Virus record (IMG/VR): IMGVR_UViG_3300050343_000191
Coordinates: 62,001-126,000 of that record
DNA: 64,000 nucleotides
Strand: one strand, 5' to 3'
Numbering within the stretch: the first letter of the stretch is position 1; the number at the start of each line of letters is the position of its first letter. The position numbers were made by a program, and so were the translations under genes. This document shows, one piece after another, positions 31,261 through 41,542 of the stretch. Under the pieces are notes generated by a model. It did not search any database. It worked only from the letters and a program-made list of their open reading frames with translations, and was not told where the DNA came from.

Positions 31261-31554
31261 TTAAACAATCAATTTTTTAGTATCTGGAGTAATTAGTTTA
31301 CTTCCAAACATTTCATTGTACTTTTTAGAAACATCTTCTTGAACTGCCACCATATACACAATGTGGTTTTTAGACATTTCAATCTCGGGTTCTTCTTTAC
31401 TAATAACTGTTGCCCAAGGAGCAAATCCAACACCCTGAGCACTAGGAAGAACTACCAAACCATTTTGAACGGTAATAGTATCATCAGTTTCAGAGAGGAC
31501 CTCTCCAATAATTTCTTCACCAGTTACGATACGAATCAGTTTTACATCAATCAT
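31261..31554 (-). CDS. Sm-like conserved small protein
   Basis: 'VKLIRIVTGEEIIG..FAPW..YNEMFGS'. Confidence 0.75.
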   Translation of the reverse strand: MIDVKLIRIVTGEEIIGEVLSETDDTITVQNGLVVLPSAQGVGFAPWATVISKEEPEIEMSKNHIVYMVAVQEDVSKKYNEMFGSKLITPDTKKLIV

Positions 31555-31733
31555 TTTTTAAATTCAAATTCATTAATTAATCGTTCAATTTGTTTCTTAT
31601 CTGTACCACAGGGAGCATTCCTTAAACAGATAAGAGTGGCATCAGTATCTGAGATTGAAGGTTTGATAGTAAACCCCCACTTATCAACTTCACCATCAAT
31701 AGGTGCTTCACAAGGATCAAATTCATGTGGCAT
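31551..31733 (-). CDS. Small hypothetical protein
   Basis: Coupled 60-aa ORF. Confidence 0.55.
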   Translation of the reverse strand: MPHEFDPCEAPIDGEVDKWGFTIKPSISDTDATLICLRNAPCGTDKKQIERLINEFEFKK

Positions 31734-31915
31734 TAGAATCCCTTACCGTTCTTCTTTGATTTAGGTAACAAATTTTTTAGTTCTTTTTCCGAGTAATTTT
31801 GACACGTTTCGAGCATCTTATCTAAAGCATATTGGAATTGAGAACCTTTACTCATTTTACTAAGTAGATGATGTGCTACATCATATCTTAGTTCTTCAAG
31901 TTCGTTCTTGTTCAC
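31733..31915 (-). CDS. Small hypothetical protein
   Basis: Coupled 60-aa ORF ending KGF. Confidence 0.55.
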   Translation of the reverse strand: MNKNELEELRYDVAHHLLSKMSKGSQFQYALDKMLETCQNYSEKELKNLLPKSKKNGKGF

Positions 31916-32853
31916 CTGAATTCACACTCAACCATAATTTCAGTTAAACATGCAAGCATATTTATTTCTTGGTCGGCAACGAATGCTGCCTGATACTGAT
32001 ACTTAGCAATAATGAGCACAGCAGCAGGAACAGTAGCGTTTGTAAGGGATGAATAGCAAGCATCGTAAATACGACGCATAAGTACAGTAGTATCATTATC
32101 CAAATTAGAAACGATCCACTTACGAACTTCCGCAAAGTTCTTCTCCTTAAGATTCTTGACAAGTTCATTTACAGCAACATCAGAGAAAGTAGCAAGAATG
32201 CCAGAATCAATCTTCCCACTAACAGAATATCGCTGAATCTCATTGAGTACACGACGCCAGTCTGGAAAGTGCTTATTAACAAGTTCTACCAGGACCTTGT
32301 TATCATATTCAACACCTTCTGTATCCAAGATTTCTTGGAGACGTTTGAAGAATTGTGCGGCAATGGATTGTCGATCTTTTCCTTTAATTCCAAACTCAAT
32401 GACTGCACATCGGGAGTGAAGGGGTTCAAGGATTTTATTTTTATAGTTGCAGGTGAAGATGAATCTGCAGTTACCAGCAAACTCCTCAATAAACGCCCGT
32501 AGGAGGAGTTGTACATCGTTGGATGTGTTATCTGCTTCATCAATGATGATGACTTTGTGTTTTGCAGTTGAAGAAAGCGAGACGGTCGAAGCGAAATTCT
32601 TCGCATTGTTTCTGACCGTATCCAGAAAGCGTCCCTCATCGGATCCATTGATGACATAACAGTCAACTCCAAGTTCATTACAGAGTGCCTTTGCTACTGT
32701 GGTCTTACCGATACCTGGTGGACCAGAAAGAAGCATATTAGGAATCTCTCCTTTATCTAGGAAAGATTGAAATGTCTTCTTGGTTTGTTCAGGGAGGATA
32801 CACTCTTCAATAGTCTTCGGGCGATATTTTTCAACCCAAATAAAGTCGCTCAT
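31912..32853 (-). CDS. gp44: Clamp loader large subunit
   Basis: WVEKYRP, GPPGIGKTT, IIDEAD, SRC. Confidence 0.97.
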   Translation of the reverse strand: MSDFIWVEKYRPKTIEECILPEQTKKTFQSFLDKGEIPNMLLSGPPGIGKTTVAKALCNELGVDCYVINGSDEGRFLDTVRNNAKNFASTVSLSSTAKHKVIIIDEADNTSNDVQLLLRAFIEEFAGNCRFIFTCNYKNKILEPLHSRCAVIEFGIKGKDRQSIAAQFFKRLQEILDTEGVEYDNKVLVELVNKHFPDWRRVLNEIQRYSVSGKIDSGILATFSDVAVNELVKNLKEKNFAEVRKWIVSNLDNDTTVLMRRIYDACYSSLTNATVPAAVLIIAKYQYQAAFVADQEINMLACLTEIMVECEFR

Positions 32854-32864
32854 AATAATAAAGG

Positions 32865-33392
32865 TTATACCCAATCAGGTTTACGATCTGGAATGCGAAG
32901 GTAATTATCGCATACCCATGGTTTAGATGCAATATACATCTTGTAAGCAGTGAAAATATCAATGCTTGTATCATACTTGAACTCATCAGGTCCAGCAAAG
33001 ACAAAGGGTGTTGTATCCTTTCCACTGCGACCTTGAGGATCTGCGGTAGGAAGTATCTCCTTTGCTGCTAGAAGGGTCTTGTGGCAGGTGTGGACCTTAC
33101 CATAGCGAGCAGTGTACTCTTCACACATAGCAAGTCCATGAGCAAGCAACCACTGCCAATTGGTTACAAATTCATTCGCCCACTTGGTGCAAGGATGATT
33201 GCGAAATGCTCCCTTCTCAGTTGCATATGGAGTTCCATCTGCCTTAGGAAGATTACCAAATCCGTGACCCCATTTATCAGAACATACGATTGCAAGCATC
33301 TGACAGGTCTCTAAGGGCATCTTGACAATGTGCTTGTCAGGGAGAACCGTAGCAGACTTGTATGGACTCGGATCAGTTACAAAGATGTTCAT
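32865..33392 (-). CDS. Pyrimidine-dimer glycosylase (DenV-like) family protein
   Basis: MNIF..DKHIVKMPLETCQML..NHPCTKW..EYTARYGK. Confidence 0.75.
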   Translation of the reverse strand: MNIFVTDPSPYKSATVLPDKHIVKMPLETCQMLAIVCSDKWGHGFGNLPKADGTPYATEKGAFRNHPCTKWANEFVTNWQWLLAHGLAMCEEYTARYGKVHTCHKTLLAAKEILPTADPQGRSGKDTTPFVFAGPDEFKYDTSIDIFTAYKMYIASKPWVCDNYLRIPDRKPDWV

Positions 33393-33597
33393 ATCAAAAG
33401 TTTACTAACGCTAATTGAAAGTAGGAACGTTAACATTATAACAAGGTCCCATGCCCTAGTTCTAATAAAGTATGGGATTGTAATCAAATCTGCAACAAAG
33501 TGTATTAGGACCCCCCAAAAAGAACTGACGTGAAGAATGACAAAGTAGGCAACAATAACTCCAATACTGCCCATAATTCTCATCCTAACTAGCGTAT
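33389..33597 (-). CDS. Small membrane protein
   Basis: Hydrophobic 'GSIGVIVAYFVILH..IPYF..WDLVIML'. Confidence 0.55.
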
Positions 33598-34261
33598 CAT
33601 CCAAAAGTCGAATCGGGTTCAAGAGCAATGTAATAGGTAAGATTGTACTTAGTATTCGTAAACTTAGAGAGAAGTTTAGAAGAAACAACTACATCATAGG
33701 CACCAGGAATAATTTTGATATTCTCTACTTTGAAGTTGAATGAGAACTCTTTATCAGTTTCACCAACAACAATTGCATATTCATTAGAAGTATCATTCTT
33801 CTTATCACGAACAACCAGTTTGATAACTCCTGCTTCACCAATAGCAGAAAAATCTGGGAGTTGATAAACTTGTGCTGCTTTGATTAGTTTTTCCAAAGAA
33901 GAACTGTCAAGTTCAAAGCAGACATCCTGAGTAGGAAGATTGATTTCTTTCTCTGGAGGAGAAACAATAACCGCAGGATCAGCATAAAAATACTTGACCC
34001 GACGCTTACCTTCTTTAATACTCAGATAAGAATCTTCTCTAAAATCAAGATCAGGATCTTGATGAAGACTTAAACCATTAAGAACTGGTTCAAATCATAG
34101 ATGGCAAAATCGCGAGGGAATTCTTCTTTAATGTCTGCTTCTGCCAAAATATTTTTAGCAACAGAAATAGTACGGAGTTTGTTACCCTCTTTCACCAGAA
34201 TAGAATTGTTAATTCCAGCAAAGTTCTTAAGAACAGTTAGAGTGTTGTCGGACAGTTTCAT
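33597..34261 (-). CDS. gp45: Sliding clamp (frameshifted)
   Basis: MKLSDNTL..LKNFAGIN..FAIYDLNQFL..YYIALE. Confidence 0.93.
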
Positions 34262-34281
34262 AGTATTGAGATTCAATTTCA

Positions 34282-34830
34282 TCACTGAGGATAGGTTTCA
34301 CGGTTTGCATTTTTGTCATTGAAATGCATTAGAAGTACAGCATAATGCAGAATCTTCATAATGTCACGACGGGCAGTGCCCTTCTTATCATATCGTGACG
34401 CATACTTGAGGATGTTGCTGCGACAGAATGCCTCACCATCACCACAAGCTTCGATAAGATCCAGAGTTTGAATCTTATCATCGCCAGCAGAATAGTGCTG
34501 GTCATATGTTCTAGTGATGTAATCTTTCAGTTCTTTAATAATTACATCTTCACTATACTTCTGTCTATTATTAGATTCGGATTTTTTATCCATAGTCAAG
34601 TCAAAGTTAATGTGGTCTTCGCCACCAAAGGTCATAGGTACAGGTTGTGCTGCAAAGGGACCAGGATCACCAAAATCAATTACGCCGTCATAGTAAGAAC
34701 TACCGAATGTGATTGTATCGTTAGACATAGCACCTGGAAGATGAGATCCTAGATTTAGCATACCTTCATAGTTGTCTTCACCAAGAGATTCGTTCATAGT
34801 ATCGTAAAGTAAACTCCAAGCATTAATCAT
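34282..34830 (-). CDS. DUF3310-like (T7 gp1.7 nucleotide kinase-like) protein
   Basis: 'HY..IQTLDLI..FCRSNILKY..RYDKKG..DIMK'. Confidence 0.65.
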   Translation of the reverse strand: MINAWSLLYDTMNESLGEDNYEGMLNLGSHLPGAMSNDTITFGSSYYDGVIDFGDPGPFAAQPVPMTFGGEDHINFDLTMDKKSESNNRQKYSEDVIIKELKDYITRTYDQHYSAGDDKIQTLDLIEACGDGEAFCRSNILKYASRYDKKGTARRDIMKILHYAVLLMHFNDKNANRETYPQ

Positions 34831-34834
34831 TATA

Positions 34835-35932
34835 TCAGGAGATGATGCCTTTGTCTAGTTGCTCTTGAGAAGTTTCTTCAGATGTCTGACTTGGCATCAC
34901 AAAGTCAGCATCAACTTTATCATACAATTCCAAGAATGCTTGCTTGGTTTCATCATCGAAACGATTTACACAAACTTGAATTGCCTTTGCCTTATCATTG
35001 AAGATACTGTATGCCTTCACAATATGAACCAGACGACGGGTGCTGATGATTTCTTCAATACCACCATCATAGAAGGTTTTGCGGATGATGTCTGCCCAAT
35101 CACAAGTCGCTTGCAGAAGTTCTCATCAGCACAGATTTTATTAAGAATCTTAATCTCAGTAACAGCAGTGGGATACTCCTGCTCAAAGGTTACAGGGAAT
35201 CGTTCAAGGAATGCTTCATTGAGCACGTTAGTTCCAATGAATCGTCCGTCGTCTGAACCTTTACCCTTAGTGTTTGCGGTTGCGATGACGTTGAAACCTG
35301 CAGTGGGGTGTACAAACTTCGTCCAATTTTTTTGAGGAAAACTCCTTTTCCTTCAAGGATAGATTGGAGACAGAGAATTTTGTTAGAAGCAAGGTCGATC
35401 TCGTCAAGGAGCAAGATAGCTCCTCGTTGGAGTGCTTCAATGACTGGGCCATTGTGCCAGACGGTTCCACCATTAACAAGGCGGAAACCGCCAATAAGAT
35501 CATCTTCATCAGTTTCGATTGTAATGTTTACACGGATAAGTTCCCTACCAAGTTGAGCACACGCTTGCTCAACAGAGAACGTTTTACCATTACCAGAAAG
35601 ACCGGTAATAAACGTAGGATAAAATAGACGGGACTCAATAATTTTTTTAATATCGCCAAAATTACCAAACTTGACGAAGGTATCATCTTTAGTAGGAATA
35701 AGGTTTTGCTCGAAACAGGCATAGCAGGAGGTGCCTGATAAGTTTGCTCAAGTTTTTCTTGAACGGTCAAGTTCCATTTACCACGACTAACTTTATAATC
35801 AGACAATTTATTAGATACAGTCTGATAGTTAGATCCATTCATTGCACACCAAGCACGAATATCAGCACCAGTTACAGACTCTCCATAAAGTTCCTGTAAA
35901 GAAGTGAGAATGTAATCAGTAGAGAGGGACAT
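34835..35932 (-). CDS. cobS: CobS-like AAA+ ATPase (frameshifted)
   Basis: GLSGNGKT, LLDEIDL, NEAFLERF. Confidence 0.88.
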
Positions 35933-35961
35933 CTGTTGCCTTGTTTGTTTCAACTGTAGTA

Positions 35962-36018
35962 ATTATACTAAAAAAGGGGGCACTTTGGAGTACCCCCTGT
36001 GACAGTTATGTAAGTGGA
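35962..36018 (-). promoter_or_regulatory. Motif + terminator hairpin + TATAAT unit upstream of cobS
   Basis: CCActtacatAACTGTC-a-cagggggtac..gtgccccc-T6-agTATAAT. Confidence 0.55.
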
Positions 36019-36021
36019 CTA

Positions 36022-36270
36022 CTAGTCTTCTGCATCTTTGATTTCTTCAATCAAGGATTCTTTACTATGCCTTCTGTCTAATTCAATACCAAGTGTTCTA
36101 CCATAATCTTCCAATTCTTTCTTACTCATTTCTTCAAGAGGACTTGCTTCAGTAAGAACTTCCTCTTCAGGAGTAAACAGAACTTCTTCTACAATGGGTT
36201 CAGGAGCAGGTGCTGCCTCAACCTTAGGTGCGGATGGTCCGCCTTTAAGTAAATCTCCGAACTTGCTCAT
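36022..36270 (-). CDS. Small acidic late protein with a Rho-N/SAP-like C-terminus
   Basis: 'LEEMSKKELEDYGRTLGIELDRR'; TAAATA at 36293-36298. Confidence 0.7.
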   Translation of the reverse strand: MSKFGDLLKGGPSAPKVEAAPAPEPIVEEVLFTPEEEVLTEASPLEEMSKKELEDYGRTLGIELDRRHSKESLIEEIKDAED

Positions 36271-36330
36271 TAGTCTAACAGTAATTTTGAATTATTTATT
36301 AAAAAAGGAGGTCCTAAAACCTCCAAATAA

Positions 36331-37787
36331 TTATTCAGGAAGTCCCTTTACTCCTGCTCTCTTATCAGCATAATATCTCTTTAATGCTTCTTTAGATCCT
36401 GGATTATTTGGATTGTACCAAGAAGGTCTCCCCATCTCCATATTTCTCTGTCTGACTTGAGTAGATGCTTCACGAGCATTGCGATCACTAACAGCACGAG
36501 GATCTAAATTATTCAATCTAGTTTTTTCTCTCGTAGCAGCGCGAGTTGCATCCTTTGCCTTCGATGCTGCAGTGCTCTGATTAAGTCTATTGACAGCATC
36601 TGTTGCTTGACCTTGGCGAAGTCTCAATGCCCCAATATCACCAGCTGGCATTTGCGTTGGTGCCTTGTTAATTAACTTTTTAATAAAAGGAATTTTGCTT
36701 GCATACTTAGTAGCTTGCTTTCTAATAAAACCCACCAATTCATTCAATTGTTCTTCATTCAAATTTGCCATCATATACATTGTATCCTCTTCACTATATC
36801 CTTCTTCAATAAATTCACCTTTGACAATATCAAAAAGGTCTACACTTGAAAGCTTAAGGGATTGCGTAATTTTTTTAGTTGCAGCAGGAGTTCTCGTTTG
36901 AGTTACACTAATACTAGTGTCTGGATTAACTTTCGTTTTTACAGTATCACCTGTTGAAACTGTACCAGACTTAACTGTATTGTTTACAGAAGACTGTGTA
37001 TTTGCAGGAATCTTTGCAGGAATCCCACTCTTAACAGCAGCAACTTCTTTTTGAATCTTATTTTTTTGAGCAAGTCGATCTTGTTGAGCACGAAGAGCAC
37101 TACCGGTAGGTGCCTGCTTATTCAAAACAGATGGTCTGTTAGCAGATTTAATAGAAGCATTAACTGATGCCTGTCTTTGACCCTGCTGCACAGCCAGCTT
37201 TAATCTGCACCTTCAGCGCCCTTACCTGCCGCTCTTGCTGCTTGTGCCGCTCTCAATTCTGCAGACGTAGGTGCTCTCCTCTCAAACTTTGTTCCACCAG
37301 GAGTGGTTCCAATTGCTGGTTTATTAGTTGCCTTAAATGCCTTATCACCGAATGCCTTTGCATCACCGCCAGATTTTCTTAATCTATCATATTCCTTATT
37401 AATTTCTGCTTTGGATGAATATGTCTTACCACCAATTGTATATGTTTGGGTTGATTTTGGGGTAGATGGTGAAGGTTTTGATTGAACACGCTGGTCATCA
37501 GTTCTTGCGGCGTTATCACGCTTAATCTGCGCTTCAACCTCATTTCTACGATCAGAACCCTTAGGAGAAATACCGACTGATCCTACAGGAACAGTATTGG
37601 CAGCAGCCTTTCTCTGTTGCAGTCTTTTTGCAATGACACCTTCTGGATTTCCAGATTTTTGAACAAGTTTACTAAATTCCTCATCACTCATTGATGTGTA
37701 ATCAGGAACTTTTATTTGTTCTTCAATATAAACTTTAGCGTAAGCCTCTTTGAGAGACTTCGCTCCTTTACCAGTTAGTCTCTCCAT
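36331..37787 (-). CDS. Basic protein with an internal acidic EEGY domain (two ORFs joined across frameshift(s) near 37200)
   Basis: 'SLKEAYAKVY', 'DLFDIVKGEFIEEGYSEEDTMYMMANL'. Confidence 0.7.
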
Positions 37788-37790
37788 GAA

Positions 37791-37949
37791 TCAACCTTCT
37801 TGAATTTGTTCAAACCACTGTTCACTCATTCCACTAATAATGGAATCTGCAGAATCTACGTCTGTGGCGTAACCTTCCTCAATGAGGTGTGTTACAACCT
37901 TTTCATAGATCTCTTTAGTCTCTTTTAATTTCTTAGGGGAAGGTTTCAT
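37791..37949 (-). CDS. 52-aa stand-alone EEGY-domain protein (below the ORF-track cutoff)
   Basis: MKPSPKKLKETKEIYEKVVTHLIEEGYATDVDSADSIISGMSEQWFEQIQEG; TAAATA at 37974-37979. Confidence 0.75.
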   Translation of the reverse strand: MKPSPKKLKETKEIYEKVVTHLIEEGYATDVDSADSIISGMSEQWFEQIQEG

Positions 37950-37980
37950 CTCTAGACACTTTTTCTATAAACCTATTTAT

Positions 37981-40117
37981 TCAAGCGATAAGTTCAATAA
38001 ATTCACCTAAAACCCTTTTGTTCATTTTCTTACTTTTCAAACTTTTAACAAAAGCAGATTTGATCTTTGCTTTAGTAGCACCCTCATCAACATCAAAGTC
38101 AGAATCACTAGAAAGTACGGTACCAGAAAGTCCAAAATAAGTGTGATATCCAGATTTATGAATAGCAAATGCCTTTTCCTTTTTCCAAATCTTTTGAATC
38201 CTATCAAAGTTTTTACCACCCCAACCAGTATATCGGCGGATGAAACTAGTAGCATCACGAGATTGAAGGACACGAATACCAATAAAGTTTACGTCAGTAA
38301 ACTTATCACGAAGATTACGAAGAAGAATATCAGTAAACTCATACCACTCACAATCTAGAGAATATGTATTTCCAGTTTTACGATCTCGAAGAAAAGCATT
38401 GCTATGAATAGTACCAGTTCCAATAAATGGTTCGTGCTCCCAGTGACGTTGAATTTCACGATGAAGTTTTAGAGGAGGTGCTTCGCCGTCAGTCATCACA
38501 ACGCACTGAACTTTCTGCAGTTTATTCTCCTTTTTAAACTGAGGTAGAATCTGATGTAGAGCAATCATTGATTCATTAAGAGGAGTTCCAGAAAGATTCA
38601 ATCCACTAGGAATGGGAAGCATACCATAACGACAGAATGAGGATGCCAAACGAAAGAAATTTTTCATTTGTTTTTCCATTTCTTTCAAATTAGTTTTGCT
38701 AGTGAAAATATTCATCATTGAAAACCACTCAGCAATATAGAGAAGACCCTCACGCTTCTCATAAGGGAGATCACGAATCTGCGGATGACCACTATTGTTA
38801 TAAGTAACGAGAGGATAGTCGTTAGTGAAGGCATATACTTCAAACGGAATAGAAACCTTCTTACAAAACCACATCAGATTATAAAGTTGCTTGAGAGTAT
38901 CCATCATTACATCACACATAGAACCACTCCAGTCAAGAATAAAAATAAGACCATGACTCTTGCCATCAGCAAGTGTAGTTACTTTTTTGAATATATCTTC
39001 ATTATAATTGTAAGTATGCAACTTGGAGCAGTCAAGAACACCAGTGCGAGCAGTAGTAGCACGGGCATAAGAATCTGCTGCCTTTTTACATTCAAACTCT
39101 TTTACCAGATAGTTGACTTCTTTCTGAGCAGATTTTTTAAACTTCAAAAATTCTCTATCAACAAAACCAAACGCCTGTTCTTCAGTAACCTCATTTTCCT
39201 CCATTAATTCATCCCACTCATTAAAACGAGAGTGAATTTCAGAATTAGGAACAATAATTTTTTTCAAGTTAACTTTAGGAACTTCAACATATACATTCTC
39301 ATTACCATCTATTGGATGCAAGTTCTTTAAGAGCTTCCTCCAGACTATTCATAGTAGAAACTTCAGGATCTTCTAAACTCTCACCATCATCAGAAGATTT
39401 GCATTATCTTCCAGATTCCATATCAAAGTCATCATATTCCTGCTGAGGTTCTTCATTAGTTCCTTGTTCAATACCAGATTCTTGACTTTGATTAATCTCA
39501 GGTTGATCTTCTTCACCTTCCTTGACCACCTTGCATCTGTAGGTCATCAGTCTTAGTCATCATCTCTTGCTGTTTCTTACAAAAGTCATAAAGTTCTTTA
39601 GAAACTTGAAGAACATCATCGAAAGTCTCAGTATCAGAAATCTTTCAATTCATCAACTGATTTTCATCTTCAGTAAAGGTCAATATCTTACAAAACTACC
39701 AATCTTAAACTGAAGATTTGCTTTATCAGCAAGATTCATTGTATTCAGATTCTCATTCTCAATCTGAAAGAAATCATTCTCAGCCAATTCTTGATATCCA
39801 CGATAGAAGGTCTTAGATATACCTCCATATCGACGCTTCATTAGTTTTTCAATTCGCACATCTTCAACTACATTCACAAACTGTGGAGGAATAATTTCTT
39901 TCAACCAGTTGCGATCAGGAGTGTAAAGTGCGTGTCCAACTTCGTGTCCGACAAGCATATCATAAACTTGACTACTTGCCTTTTCCCACATTGGCAGACG
40001 TCAAACACGAGTATGAACATTGAAACAAGCAGTTTCACAATACTTATGCTCAACTACCAAATCTTCGGTTGCCAGAAGTTTAGCAAGTTGAGATTTGATT
40101 TCGTGTGAGACTGCCAT
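37981..40117 (-). CDS. CobT-like metallopeptidase/vWA protein (frameshifted)
   Basis: HEVGH motif, NVVEDVRIE, LDWSGSM, GTPL, TDGE. Confidence 0.85.
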
Positions 40118-40138
40118 TGCTTGGTTGCGTATGGATCT

Positions 40139-40193
40139 ATTATACAAAAAAAGGAGGTCCGAAGACCTCCCAGTAGACAGTTTATAAACTGGT
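40139..40193 (-). promoter_or_regulatory. Motif + UUCG terminator + TATAAT unit upstream of the peptidase
   Basis: CCAgtttataAACTGTC..GGAGGTC-TTCG-GACCTCC-T7-gTATAAT. Confidence 0.6.
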
Positions 40194-40194
40194 T

Positions 40195-40833
40195 CTATTT
40201 GGATTGTTTGCCTTCAACAATACTCTCTTTCCACCCTTCACTCATATTTGCCATAATGGCGACCGCAGCCTCCTCAGTTTCAGCAAAACCTTCATCAATT
40301 AAATGACCTTTGATGATATCAAAGAGGTCTGTATCTTCATTGTTTACAGTTCCAGCAGCGACACCCTTTTCCTGTTTTGTTTGAGGTCTGCGCTTACCCA
40401 TTCTTGCTGCTTCTGCTTCAGGGGATTGGTCAGCAGGTCCAAGAACTTTTTTACCTACATCGACCGCAGCTTGACCAATTTTTTTAACAGCACCCATCAT
40501 ACCACCCATTTCACTGATGGTATCACCTTCGTGCTCAACGTGCTCTGGATGCTCAACCATAGTAATAACTTCCATATCTTCTACGGATACGTTCTCTACA
40601 ATACCGTGCTCAAACTGAACATCGTAGTGTGAAACGAAACCGTTCTCATCAGGAACAGCGTGCTGACCGAAGATGGTTTCACCTTCACCCCACTGCTCAG
40701 AGCAGACTTTCTTGGCACAATTGTGATCGCCCTTTTCAGACTTACTTACACAATCACCCTTTTTCTTCTTTCCATATCCCTCATAAACGGAAGCATATGC
40801 CTCCATAAGAGATCTTACTTCTTTTGCTTCCAT
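40195..40833 (-). CDS. Late modular protein with an EAY leader, a His/Cys domain and a C-terminal EG[FY] domain
   Basis: 'SLMEAYASVY', 'HNCAKKV..HYDVQFEHG', 'DLFDIIKGHLIDEGFAETEEAA'; TAAATA at 40862-40867. Confidence 0.75.
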   Translation of the reverse strand: MEAKEVRSLMEAYASVYEGYGKKKKGDCVSKSEKGDHNCAKKVCSEQWGEGETIFGQHAVPDENGFVSHYDVQFEHGIVENVSVEDMEVITMVEHPEHVEHEGDTISEMGGMMGAVKKIGQAAVDVGKKVLGPADQSPEAEAARMGKRRPQTKQEKGVAAGTVNNEDTDLFDIIKGHLIDEGFAETEEAAVAIMANMSEGWKESIVEGKQSK

Positions 40834-40848
40834 TGTAATATAGAAAAG

Positions 40849-41542
40849 TTATTCTCCTTTATATTTAGTATTGTATTTCTTTCCGCGCCAAGAAAATTCT
40901 GCTTTACCTTTCTTTCTAGCATCCGCAAATGCTGCATCAAAATTCTTAGCAGACTTTCTTCTTCTTTCTGCATTTGCCTTTGCTTCTTCCTGCTTCTTCG
41001 CATTTGCTTCAGCAGATCGCTCACCAGTTCCTTGAGACTTTGGTGGAGATTCGGGGCGACTGGTAGAAGGCGTTTGAGAAGCAGGCATACGTACTTCAGT
41101 TTTCTTAGAACCTTGACTACTACTAAGTGCTAATCCAGTAGCACCAGCAACTCCGACTGGTAGAGCAGATTTTTTCACAGCACCAATAACTTTATCAAGT
41201 TTAGATACGGTAGGTGATACTGGAGGTTGAGGAAGGGAAGGTGCAACTCTCTCAGGTTGTGCTTTTAAGGTCGGCATACTTCTCTGAGATGCCTTACCAC
41301 CAGACATTGTAAGACCAGTATTACCACTTCCAGACAATCCAGTGTTGGGATTTCTGGTTACATTTCTCAACTCCTGTGCTCTAGCAGAAGTTCCAGGAAT
41401 CTGCATCTGTCCTGGAGATGCTTGTGCAGGCTGCTACTTTCGGTGTTGGTAAAGCAGAGCTTGCAGCAGGAACTGGACTGGTGCCAGTAAATGGTGTTCT
41501 TCCACCAGTAAAGTTTTGCGCCTTACCAGTTTTTGTAAGAAG
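40849..41542 (-). CDS. Basic low-complexity protein; 5' end joined to gp46
   Basis: C-terminus 'FDAAFADARKKGKAEFSWRGKKYNT'; upstream reading LLTKTGKAQNFTGG follows gp46 DKVKGF. Confidence 0.65.
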
